DNA of 64,000 bases from Promethearchaeia archaeon. Lineage in GTDB: Archaea; Asgardarchaeota; Lokiarchaeia; Sigyniarchaeales; SOKP01. Under the pieces are notes generated by a model that was not told the origin of the DNA, made no database searches, and saw only the letters and a list, made by a program, of their open reading frames with translations. The stretch is from positions 164,543 through 228,542 of the forward strand of contig JAHQWH010000015.1 of NCBI GenBank assembly GCA_029856105.1, given 5' to 3'. Positions within the stretch are counted from its first letter, which is position 1; every line of letters starts with the position of its first letter. Made by a program: the position numbers and the translations under genes. Below, one piece after another: positions 10,024-18,705 of this stretch.

Positions 10024-11394
10024 TTATTTTGCTAAACCTAAATATTTTAAAGCTTTATTCTTAATTCTCTCCATCGTGGGAGTATCGGTAGTTTCTTCTA
10101 GGTAGTTAATTGTAAGGGTTAATTTTCCAGCGACTGTTACTGCGGGAATAACCAGTTCGATGTACGGAGTACCTGAAGTTACAAATATAAAACGATCTAA
10201 CTCTAATGATCCATATTTGGTAGGATAATCTAGAAGACCAAGATTGGTAATAGCCAGAACAGGTAATTTAGGAATTTGCTTTTTTGCCCTCTTATTTGCT
10301 ATATTCTTCTCATCATTGCAGTAAGTATGAATTTTTTCATATCTACTAAAATTTGAGGGAACAAGATTTCCAAAAAATGTAAATTGACGGGCATCTACCA
10401 TAGATTGATCAACGATCTCTGTAATCGCAGCAAATTGAAATATTTTTTTAATATAGAGATTTTCTTTTGCTTTATCATTGTAAATTTTAGCATTCTCCCA
10501 AAAACCTTTTTTTGGATTATATGAGAATTCAAGCTCAAATCCTGAAATATAAACTCCAAAATTTTCACCTATGGGTTTACTATAGCGCTTTCGTGTGTTA
10601 ACAGGAACCATAATATTTCGTTTTCCTCCTTTAAATGGTCCTCGGATAGAATTACGCGCTGCTAGAAAAGCTGTATTAAGAGCTGAATTCACAGTTAATC
10701 CATGTTGCCTACAGTTGTCAACGAGATTTGATGTTTCTTCTTCACTTAATTCCACTGAGATGATATTAAAATTATAGTTGTCCAAAAATGCTCTGAAGAT
10801 ATTATCCTCATCCTCCTCGTCAAAAATGACTTTTGATTTTTGCCACTTTTTATTCAAAGTATTAATTGCGAACTTTATGGCTTTTCCAATTTTAATATCT
10901 ATTGGAAAATTATCTGGAGTTGCTAAGGGTGGCTCTGGCATCTCTATTACTTTTCGATCAGGATCACCAACGTACAAAAGGAGATCACGAGCTAAAATTG
11001 CCAAAGAGGTTCCATCACATATCACATGATGACAAATTATAAGAATTTCAGAAATTTCGTGTGATTGCAATAATACAAAACGAGCTAAAGGACCTGTAGC
11101 TAATTTAAAGCGAATTTTGTATTCATTCAAGAGTTCTCTATTCCAATCTTCATCTGATGTTCGTTGAACTACTCTTAACGGATTTTCAAGAACTTTTTCA
11201 TTTATATACCATGGTTCATTGTTTTCATCAAGATAAATTCGGGCTCCCACCAATGGATGCTGTTGCCTTACTTTATTTAATGCAATTCTTAAATCATCTT
11301 CTGAGATAAATCCTTTGACTCGAGCGACTATAGATATAGTTTGATTAGGAGACCTAAAAAATCTCCTCTCAAAGGAGTTTAGTTTTCTTTTCAA
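10024..11394 (-). CDS. condensation-domain / PapA5-alcohol acetyltransferase-like CoA-dependent acyltransferase
   Basis: HHVICDG (HHxxxDG) motif, R.L...ER N-terminus, QHPLV, GPLARFVL, PVNTR, ITNLG. Confidence 0.82.
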   Translation of the reverse strand: MKRKLNSFERRFFRSPNQTISIVARVKGFISEDDLRIALNKVRQQHPLVGARIYLDENNEPWYINEKVLENPLRVVQRTSDEDWNRELLNEYKIRFKLATGPLARFVLLQSHEISEILIICHHVICDGTSLAILARDLLLYVGDPDRKVIEMPEPPLATPDNFPIDIKIGKAIKFAINTLNKKWQKSKVIFDEEDEDNIFRAFLDNYNFNIISVELSEEETSNLVDNCRQHGLTVNSALNTAFLAARNSIRGPFKGGKRNIMVPVNTRKRYSKPIGENFGVYISGFELEFSYNPKKGFWENAKIYNDKAKENLYIKKIFQFAAITEIVDQSMVDARQFTFFGNLVPSNFSRYEKIHTYCNDEKNIANKRAKKQIPKLPVLAITNLGLLDYPTKYGSLELDRFIFVTSGTPYIELVIPAVTVAGKLTLTINYLEETTDTPTMERIKNKALKYLGLAK

Positions 11395-11435
11395 TTTTTT
11401 ATATTGCGTAATTTTTTACACCTCATATTTTATTC

Positions 11436-11469
11436 TTTCATTGATTCTGAACTTTCAGAAAAAGTGAAA
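11436..11469. promoter_or_regulatory. tandem operator A: 2 x TTTCA-N7-TGAA(A/C)
   Basis: TTTCA TTGATTC TGAAC TTTCA GAAAAAG TGAAA. Confidence 0.7.
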
Positions 11470-11505
11470 GTCAAGATATAATAAATATTTTGAGTATAAA
11501 AATGT

Positions 11506-11539
11506 TTTCATTATTTGTGAAATTTCACATTTTGTAAAA
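11506..11539. promoter_or_regulatory. tandem operator B between divergent TATA-like boxes
   Basis: TTTCA TTATTTG TGAAA TTTCA CATTTTG TAAAA; TTTTTATA on + at 11543 and on - at 11495-11502. Confidence 0.7.
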
Positions 11540-11577
11540 AGCTTTTTATATTAGAAAAACTATATTATCATTAAGAA

Positions 11578-12687
11578 ATGCCTACAAATAATAAGAATAA
11601 TCACATTTACGACAAAAAGATCAGGAATTATGAAAAGGAAGTCATAAAATTCTTTGTAGAATACGGAAAAAATAAAAGATCTGATATTGAATCTCATATT
11701 CTTGCTTACATTTTATTGCGCGAAGGACAATGGTTAACTCAAGAAAACATTAGAGAATTATCACTCATTTTTTATGAAACTGAATTTAAAAAAGGCATTT
11801 CACAGGGTTCTATATCCCAAATTCTAAATAATTTCGTAGAATATAGCGTTCTAAATAAAAGAAAACTTGAGACTAAAAAGAACGCTTTTGAATATTCAAT
11901 GTCAGGAGCTTTTAATCAAGTAATGTCTTCTGCTATAGGATATGGAATAGAGGAGTTGGAGAAGTATATCTTGTTCTTGAAGAAAAAATTAGCCTCTTTG
12001 GAAAAAATTGAATATAAAAGTAATGAAGTTGAATTTCTAAGAGTTAGGCTAAATGAAAGAGTAAAGGAATTAATAGAATTCTTTATTTTTCATAAGGATC
12101 TCTATGAAGAAATATTCAAGATACCCAATAATAAAAAGAAAAATATTAGTAAACCAGAAGATCTAAGTGATTTTCAAATTAAGAAGTCTCTTAGAGAAAT
12201 TGAAAGAGATATTATTGAGTTTATAATAAATTGTCCATTATTCAGGTTTGGAAAGATGAAAGGCGCTCATTACCCTATTATTGCTTATTTCTTTACTAGG
12301 AAGAGATTAACTCAAGAAAAACTAAAAGAACTTACAGGTTTCTCTGCTGGAATGGTTTCTGAAGGTTTAAATTATATGCTTCAGGAAGGGTACATAAATT
12401 TAGATAAAGTTAAAGGTATTAGAGTACGGTATTACGAATTAAATTCAATTGCCTATTATAATTATCTACATCTATTCCGGATCGTCAAATCAAATTCTGA
12501 ATTATTTACAAGGTTAGATGCTATAAGCAGTGAAATAAAAACAAAAAGAACTGAGCTAAAAGATATAAATGGATATCGCATTATAAATAAGCGAGTTAAA
12601 CAATTTTTAAATGCAAAACCCGTGGTTGAGAAATTATTAATATCATTCAAAGATGCAATGGAAAGGTTTAAACATAAACCACAATAA
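11578..12687 (+). CDS. tandem (two-domain) GbsR/MarR-like winged-helix transcriptional regulator
   Basis: Two wHTH units: LTQENIRELS...ISQGSISQILN and LTQEKLKELTGFSAGMVSEGLN; halves resemble the gene pairs at 37821-39115 and 41085-42122. Confidence 0.8.
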   Translation: MPTNNKNNHIYDKKIRNYEKEVIKFFVEYGKNKRSDIESHILAYILLREGQWLTQENIRELSLIFYETEFKKGISQGSISQILNNFVEYSVLNKRKLETKKNAFEYSMSGAFNQVMSSAIGYGIEELEKYILFLKKKLASLEKIEYKSNEVEFLRVRLNERVKELIEFFIFHKDLYEEIFKIPNNKKKNISKPEDLSDFQIKKSLREIERDIIEFIINCPLFRFGKMKGAHYPIIAYFFTRKRLTQEKLKELTGFSAGMVSEGLNYMLQEGYINLDKVKGIRVRYYELNSIAYYNYLHLFRIVKSNSELFTRLDAISSEIKTKRTELKDINGYRIINKRVKQFLNAKPVVEKLLISFKDAMERFKHKPQ

Positions 12688-12810
12688 AAAAAGAAGGAAA
12701 TATAAAGAATTAGTATTATGAGGGCAATCAAAATAATCAGTGAAATTAAGGATTAAGCGGGTCTATATAGTAGAAAAAACAATTTTTAAAATTCTTTTGA
12801 TGATGGTGGG

Positions 12811-12826
12811 TTGTCATTCCCGTAAT
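12811..12826 (+). repeat. 16-bp direct repeat, copy 2 (TTGTCATTCCCGTAAT)
   Basis: Exact copy at 9860-9875. Confidence 0.6.
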
Positions 12827-12905
12827 ACTTTCAATAAATATTATTACAAATCCAAAATTAATTATTATAATAATGTGAAAAACACTATAAGAATGGTTTG
12901 TATTT

Positions 12906-14243
12906 ATGAAGAAAAAGAGAGTTGTTATAATCGGAGCCTTAGGTATGGATTTTCACCTGTTTAACACCGTCTTCAAAGATAATGAAGAATACGAGGTAAT
13001 TGCTTTTACTATTGCTGGAGAGCAGAATGTAGGCACAATTGAAGGGGCGGAAAGGAAATATCCGGCGGAATTAGCAGGTAAACTATATCCAAAAGGCATT
13101 CCAATGCTTCCCGAAGAACACATTGAAGAAATAATTAAACTTCATCAAATAGATGAGGTGGTGTTTGCATATTCTGATGTTTCGCACGAAGAATTAATGC
13201 ATAAAGCATCTAGAGCGCTATCTGCTGGAGCTAACTATCGTTTGATATCGGGAAAATTCACCCAAATTAAATCTAAAAAACCCGTTGTAGCAATATGTGC
13301 TGTTAGAACTGGATGTGGTAAAAGCCAAGTTTCTAGAGCAACTTATAGGTATTTAATGAGCAAAGGTTATAAAGTTGTAGCAGTAAGAGAACCAATGCCT
13401 TATGGAGATTTGATAAAACAAAATGTTATGCGTTTTGAGAAGTACGAAGATTTAGATAAGTTTGATTGCACGATCGAGGAGCGGGAAGAGTACGAACCTT
13501 ACATTGAACAGGGACTTGTGATTTATTCAGGAGTAGATTACGAAAAAATTGTTAGGGAAGCAGAAAAAGAAGCGGATGTAATCATCTTTGACGGTGGAAA
13601 CAACGAGCTATCGTTTTATGTTCCAGATTTACTTTTCATCGTAGTAGACCCATTAAGACCGGGACACGAGATGAAATATCATCCCGGCGAAGTAAACGCC
13701 CGATCTGCCGATGCGTTCGTCATTAATAAAATGAATAACGCTAAACCAGAAGATGTGAAAATCGTTGAGAATAATTTAAACGAATTAAATCCTGACGCAA
13801 CAAAAATATATACAAATTCGGTTGTTACTATCGAAGGTAATCCTGATTTAAAGGGCAAAAAAGTAATTGTTGTAGAAGATGGGCCAACTTTAACGCATGG
13901 TAGTATGTCGTACGGCGCGGGATTTGTTGCGGCAACCAATAGTGGAGCTATAATTATAGATCCAAAACCTTATGTAACAGGTACTATGAAAAAAGTATTT
14001 GAAGAATTTCCACAGATCACACAGATAGTTCCAGCCATGGGATATAACGACCAACAGATTAAAGACATGGAAGAAACTCTAAATAAAGCTGAATGCGAAA
14101 TTATAATTGATGGCAGCCCTATTGATCTTGAAAAATTAATTAATAGCAATAAACCTATCATCAGAGTCTCTTATGATATTGAACCTGTCAAAAGTCCAAC
14201 GATAGAAGAAGTCTTAGATAAATTTATTGAAAAATTTTTATAA
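12906..14243 (+). CDS. arcE: arginine synthetase (ArcE-type; cyclic 2,3-diphosphoglycerate synthetase-like P-loop family)
   Basis: DFHxFN, YPxELAGxLYPxGIP, FAYSDVSHE, AVRTGCGKSQ, PMPYGDL, CTIEEREEYEP, DGGNN, EDGPTLTHG, PAMGY match the Thermococcus ArcE family as recalled; OTC, carbamate kinase and OAT nearby. Confidence 0.75.
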   Translation: MKKKRVVIIGALGMDFHLFNTVFKDNEEYEVIAFTIAGEQNVGTIEGAERKYPAELAGKLYPKGIPMLPEEHIEEIIKLHQIDEVVFAYSDVSHEELMHKASRALSAGANYRLISGKFTQIKSKKPVVAICAVRTGCGKSQVSRATYRYLMSKGYKVVAVREPMPYGDLIKQNVMRFEKYEDLDKFDCTIEEREEYEPYIEQGLVIYSGVDYEKIVREAEKEADVIIFDGGNNELSFYVPDLLFIVVDPLRPGHEMKYHPGEVNARSADAFVINKMNNAKPEDVKIVENNLNELNPDATKIYTNSVVTIEGNPDLKGKKVIVVEDGPTLTHGSMSYGAGFVAATNSGAIIIDPKPYVTGTMKKVFEEFPQITQIVPAMGYNDQQIKDMEETLNKAECEIIIDGSPIDLEKLINSNKPIIRVSYDIEPVKSPTIEEVLDKFIEKFL

Positions 14244-14320
14244 AAATAATATTTTAAATTTTAATATGTAAGAAGGGAAGATTACTCAAGATATCAAAAA
14301 TCTCTTTTTTCATAAGTTAT

Positions 14321-14541
14321 TTATTTTTTCAGATGGTGGAAAATGTCTCCATGCCATATATATACTTTAAGTTTGGGAGATATATCTTCTAAATAATACC
14401 CAAATAATTTGCATAGGTTTTCCCTTCATGATATGCTCCTTTACTATCTTGTCGAAGTGCTTCAGCTACTTTCTTAAGAAATGTAGAAAGAATTTGAGGA
14501 TCAGTAAGTACTTTTCTATCAGCTTCAGGTAGTTTTTTCAT
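14321..14541 (-). pseudogene. alpha/beta-hydrolase internal fragment, frameshifted
   Basis: MKKLPEADRKVLTDPQIL...EALRQDSKGAYHEGKTYAN then, in another frame, LEDISPKLKVYIWHGD (IWHG motif); no N-terminal half. Confidence 0.55.
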
Positions 14542-14715
14542 ATAAATTTATTCATATTATTGTCTAATTTTTCTAAGTAGTGTATAAAACATCTCATCTA
14601 TTACTTAAATTATGATAGGTTTATATAATCGAAACTATTTAACTTCTTATTGATGATATTAGCTGCAAAGCTAAGGAAATCTTTACAAAAATGTTTAAAA
14701 AACAGGGATAAATTA

Positions 14716-16806
14716 ATGTGTAAAAATAAAAAAATCAAAGTAAGAGTTGCATTATTATTAATTCTGGCGATTTTTTTTTCAAGTCCTTTTATATTTTTAA
14801 AGACAAGCCAATCTGATGATGAAGCAAGAGCATTAGATGAGAGAAGTATCAGAAGTGCTAATAGCATATGGAGCTACACTGCGGGAGATGGTTTATTTTC
14901 GGTGGCAATCTCCTCCGATGGACATTACATTGTCGCAGGAGGCCATGATAACAAGGTGTATCTCTTCGATAAAGCCAGCCCCACCCCCCTATGGAACTAC
15001 ACGACGGGAGGTTGGGTACGTTCGGTGGCAATCTCCTCCGACGGGCAGTATATTGTCGCGGGAAGCGATGATGATCATGTGTATTTCTTCAATAAAACTA
15101 GCTCCACTCCACTATGGAACTTCACTACGATAGTTAATATATATTCAGTGGCAATTTCCTCCAATGGGCAGTACATTGCTGCGGGAATCTATCGCTCGGT
15201 CTATTTTTTCGATAAAGCCAGCTCCAATCCCCTATGGTATCACGACACGGGAGATGCGGCAGTAGTAACTTCGGTGGCGATCTCGTCCGACGGGCAGTAC
15301 ATTGCCGCAGGAAACTATGGTAACAAAACATATCTTTTTAATAAAGCCAGCTCTACTCCCCTATGGAGCTACACTGCGGGAGATCGGGTACAATCGGTGG
15401 CAATTTCCTCCGACGGACAGTACATTGCTGCGGGAAGCTATGATAACAAAGTATATCTCTTCGATAAAGCCAGCTCCACCCCACTATGGAGCTATACTAC
15501 GGGAGATAATGTATATTCGGTGGCAATTTCCTCCGACGGGCAGAACATTGCCGCGGGAAGCTATGATGACAAGATATATCTCTTCGATAAAGCCAGCTTC
15601 ACTCCCCTATGGAACTATACTACGGGAAATAGTGTATTTTCGGTGGCAATTTCCTCCGATGGGCAGAACATTGCCGCAGGAAGCGTGGACGACAAGGTAT
15701 ATCTCTTCGATAAAGCCAGCTCCACCCCCCTATGGAACTATACTACGGGAAGTCATGTACATTCGGTGACAATCTCCTCCGATGGGCAGTATATTGCCTC
15801 GGGAGGTTGGGGTAATACGATATATCTCTTCGATAACAAGCCCTATACATTTACATTGTCTACAGATGCCGATGTTCCTGATTTGGACGGTATATTTTCT
15901 TTAAATTGGACTGTTTCTTCTGGTGCAACTAATTACTCCGTGTATCGTCATTCCAGTTATATTAATGAAATTAACGATAGTTTAATCCTTCTAGCGTATG
16001 AAATCACCGATCTGAGTTTATATTTGAGCGAATATTCAGATGAAACCTATTATTTCATTGTTGTTGCAAATAACACTTACGGTGAGACCTTATCAAATTG
16101 CATTACGGTGGTGGTGGGCTTACTTCCGGGAAGCTTCACATTATCTTCAAATGCGAGCGATCCCGATGACAATGGCCTTTTTATTCTTTCTTGGACTGGT
16201 TCTTCTGGCGCAACTAATTACTCCATATATCAATACTCCAGTTTTATCACGGAAATTAACGGCAGTTTAACCCTTCTAGCGGACGAAATCACCGATCCAA
16301 GCCTAGATTTGAGTGGATATTCGGACGGAACCTATTATTACATTGTTGTTGCGCATAATCAAATTGGAGATACTTCATCAAACTGTATTACTGTAATTGT
16401 TCAAATTACCAAATCGTTCACGATCATTACTCCCAATATCTCCTCTTCGTGGGAATGTGGTACGTCTCAGTCTATATCTTGGTCTTCAACGGGGATTATT
16501 TTGAATATTAAACTTGAACTCTATAGAAATGATGTGTTCGTAATGGAGATTATTTCAAGTACTGCTAATAATGGCGAAGTTTACTGGGTAGTTTTCTCGG
16601 AACTCGCGAGTTCTGACCACTATCAGATCAAAATTATAGACGTATCTAATGCTTCCATTTTCGCCTATAGCGACTACTTTGAAATAGAAAACACTTTACC
16701 AACAGAACCACCTGGTATTCCGGGATATAATGTACTATTTCTTATTGCTACTTTAGGTTCAATTATGGCATTAATTATGAAAAAATGTTCTAATTCCATG
16801 AAATAA
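14716..16806 (+). CDS. secreted/surface WD40-like beta-propeller protein with two FN3-like domains, Ser/Thr-rich Ig-like domain and Loki-CTERM-type anchor
   Basis: N-terminal signal/TM; 8 x 42-aa SVAISSDGQYIAAGSYDNKVYLFDKASSTPLW repeats; duplicated FTLS...GATNYS.Y domain; C-terminal PGIPGYNVLFLIATLGSIMALIMKK; ORF-track start is 14650. Confidence 0.85.
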   Translation: MCKNKKIKVRVALLLILAIFFSSPFIFLKTSQSDDEARALDERSIRSANSIWSYTAGDGLFSVAISSDGHYIVAGGHDNKVYLFDKASPTPLWNYTTGGWVRSVAISSDGQYIVAGSDDDHVYFFNKTSSTPLWNFTTIVNIYSVAISSNGQYIAAGIYRSVYFFDKASSNPLWYHDTGDAAVVTSVAISSDGQYIAAGNYGNKTYLFNKASSTPLWSYTAGDRVQSVAISSDGQYIAAGSYDNKVYLFDKASSTPLWSYTTGDNVYSVAISSDGQNIAAGSYDDKIYLFDKASFTPLWNYTTGNSVFSVAISSDGQNIAAGSVDDKVYLFDKASSTPLWNYTTGSHVHSVTISSDGQYIASGGWGNTIYLFDNKPYTFTLSTDADVPDLDGIFSLNWTVSSGATNYSVYRHSSYINEINDSLILLAYEITDLSLYLSEYSDETYYFIVVANNTYGETLSNCITVVVGLLPGSFTLSSNASDPDDNGLFILSWTGSSGATNYSIYQYSSFITEINGSLTLLADEITDPSLDLSGYSDGTYYYIVVAHNQIGDTSSNCITVIVQITKSFTIITPNISSSWECGTSQSISWSSTGIILNIKLELYRNDVFVMEIISSTANNGEVYWVVFSELASSDHYQIKIIDVSNASIFAYSDYFEIENTLPTEPPGIPGYNVLFLIATLGSIMALIMKKCSNSMK
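14865..15838 (+). repeat. 8 x ~126-bp intragenic tandem repeat (WD40 blades)
   Basis: Recurrent TCGGTGGCAAT(C/T)TCCTCCGA(C/T)GG and CTCTTCGATAAAGCCAGC at about 126-bp period; GC visibly above the rest of the window. Confidence 0.9.
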
Positions 16807-17180
16807 AATTCTAAAAATTTTTTTTTTTATTTAATTTAAGGGGCTATTAAATATCATTATAAGTACTTCTTTGTTATGATTTTTTCATAATTTAATCTTT
16901 TTCACATAATTTATGGGTATGAAAAATATTTTATCCTTGGGAATCGTGTATAGTTTAATTCTTTGTAACTAATTGGTTGTTCTCCCAATAGTAATTCGTA
17001 ATTCTTGCTTTTCCATAAGCAAATAATATTAAATTTCTGAATAGAAATCTTGAAATAATTTTTCTAATTTGATCCAAGAGTCTCTATCGGATAACTTGAA
17101 TTTCTTTCCGTTTTGTTTGAATAAATTGAATTTTAAATTTAATATCTATTTCTGAGACCATAAGATTTATATAGAGAAAC

Positions 17181-17229
17181 TTACTTATAGTAAGTAATTT
17201 ACTGATGGTAAGATAATTACTATTAGTAA
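17181..17229. promoter_or_regulatory. triple palindromic operator TTACT-N3-(A/G)GTAA, 18-bp period, downstream of TATA box (17166-17173)
   Basis: TTACTTATAGTAA (17181), TTACTGATGGTAA (17199), TTACTATTAGTAA (17217), upstream of the TetR gene. Confidence 0.7.
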
Positions 17230-17284
17230 ACTTAATTAATGACTTGTAATAACATAAAATGAATAATTAAGCTGAAAGTGGTGA

Positions 17285-17956
17285 ATGAAAATTTCCAAAT
17301 TATCTAGAAGAGAACGTGAAAAATTACAGCGTCGTAACGATATACTCAAAGCTGCTGAAAAAAGATTCTTTAATAAAGGCTATGATGAGGTTTCTATGGA
17401 TGATATCGCGGGAGATTTAGAGCTTTCTAAAACAACGCTCTATTTGTATTTTAAAAATAAACCTTCATTGTATTTTGCCGTAGTAATAAAAGGTATGGTT
17501 ATCCTTAGGAATATATTGAAAAATGCTATAAAAAACGAGGAATCAGGATTAGGAAAAATAATGGGCATAATTCGAGCTTACTTTGATTACATACAAATTC
17601 ATCTAGATTATTATGGCCTTAATCTTTCATCTAGAGCCATTCGTTTTACGAAAATGCTTAAACCTAACGAGGAGGGTGATACAGAAATTGAAAATGCTGA
17701 AGAGTATATCGGATTAACAAAAGAATTACTTGAAATGTTAATTGACGCTGTCAGTTTGGGAATTAAGGATGGTACAATTAGAAAAAACCTGAATCCATTA
17801 CAGACAGTAATTTTCTTGGGTTCTACCATTGATTTTATAGTACAAATATCCCCCGAATATAAATTACTCTTAGAGATGTATAGCATAACTGCTGAGGAAT
17901 ATCTTCAACACTCGATTGATGTGTTATTACGAGGTCTAGCTGGGGAAAAAAAATAA
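17285..17956 (+). CDS. TetR/AcrR family transcriptional regulator
   Basis: ILKAAEKRFFNKGYDEVSMDDIAGDLELSKTTLYLYFKNK HTH. Confidence 0.93.
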   Translation: MKISKLSRREREKLQRRNDILKAAEKRFFNKGYDEVSMDDIAGDLELSKTTLYLYFKNKPSLYFAVVIKGMVILRNILKNAIKNEESGLGKIMGIIRAYFDYIQIHLDYYGLNLSSRAIRFTKMLKPNEEGDTEIENAEEYIGLTKELLEMLIDAVSLGIKDGTIRKNLNPLQTVIFLGSTIDFIVQISPEYKLLLEMYSITAEEYLQHSIDVLLRGLAGEKK

Positions 17957-17973
17957 TTGGAGGAAGATAAAAA

Positions 17974-18537
17974 ATGGAAAAAAATAAAATATTAATTGCG
18001 TATGGAACTCGTTACGGAGCGACAACTAGTACCGCAGAAGAAATTTCCAAAGTTCTTCAAGGTGAAGGATTTGATGTAAAAGTTGTAAATCTCCAAAAAG
18101 ATAAGGTAAAAGATATCACAAATTTTGAACTTGTTGTTATTGGAAGTGGAATGAAAATGGATATGTGGACGACTAAAGCTAAAGCATTTTTAAAGAAGTT
18201 TAGTGGTGAATTCAAGAAAAGGAAAGTGGCCATTTTCGTGTCATCAGGTGGACGGGCACTCATGGAACATAAAGGAGAACTTGATGAAATTGATAGAATA
18301 ACTAAAAAATACCTTGAAGATAAAGCTTCTAAATATGGTTTGAATCCAATATCAATGACTATGTTTGGAGGTGTTTGGGATTATAATCAGATTTCTAAAA
18401 TTTTTAGAAAATTCTTGGATGCAGAAAAAGAAAATTTTATCGCGGCAGGAATAAAAGAAACAGAGCCAGGAGTCTATGACACTAGAAATTGGGAGAATAT
18501 TCGTGCATGGGCTAAAGAGTTAGCTAGCAAGATTTAA
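17974..18537 (+). CDS. flavodoxin-domain protein (HemG/Flavodoxin_5-like)
   Basis: LIAYGTRYGAT FMN loop; DTRNWENIRAWA C-terminus; GGAGG RBS. Confidence 0.85.
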   Translation: MEKNKILIAYGTRYGATTSTAEEISKVLQGEGFDVKVVNLQKDKVKDITNFELVVIGSGMKMDMWTTKAKAFLKKFSGEFKKRKVAIFVSSGGRALMEHKGELDEIDRITKKYLEDKASKYGLNPISMTMFGGVWDYNQISKIFRKFLDAEKENFIAAGIKETEPGVYDTRNWENIRAWAKELASKI

Positions 18538-18705
18538 AAAATCCCAATTCAACATAATAAAACTTAAGAACTTTTAAATCTCTTTTTGTAAATTTCTTTT
18601 TTAATTTCTTTTAAATAATATTTAATTCTGAAGTCTCATTAAATCATCCATAATTCAAAATTATGTTTTAAATTTAAAAAATAGAACTTAATTGAGTAAA
18701 AATCT

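Noticed and set aside
12740-12964. 74-aa ORF overlapping the arcE start
   Set aside because: Low-complexity intergenic translation overlapping a conserved gene in another frame
12906-14243. Annotation as cyclic 2,3-diphosphoglycerate synthetase
   Set aside because: Motifs and arcB/arcC/rocD context fit ArcE better; no 2-phosphoglycerate kinase nearby
14865-15838. Possible CRISPR array or DGR template/variable repeats
   Set aside because: Repeats are in-frame coding units without unique spacers; no cas or reverse transcriptase gene, and I saw no clear adenine-only variation
14837-16270. Alternative-frame ORFs with repeated RWQFPP.../SSIKPAPP motifs
   Set aside because: Frame-shifted readings of the 126-bp WD40 repeats; periodicity is inherited from the real gene
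16860-17130. Possible degraded minus-strand gene (WKSKNYELLLGEQPISYKELNYTRFPRIK)
   Set aside because: Multiple stops and no recognisable family; cannot be supported without a search
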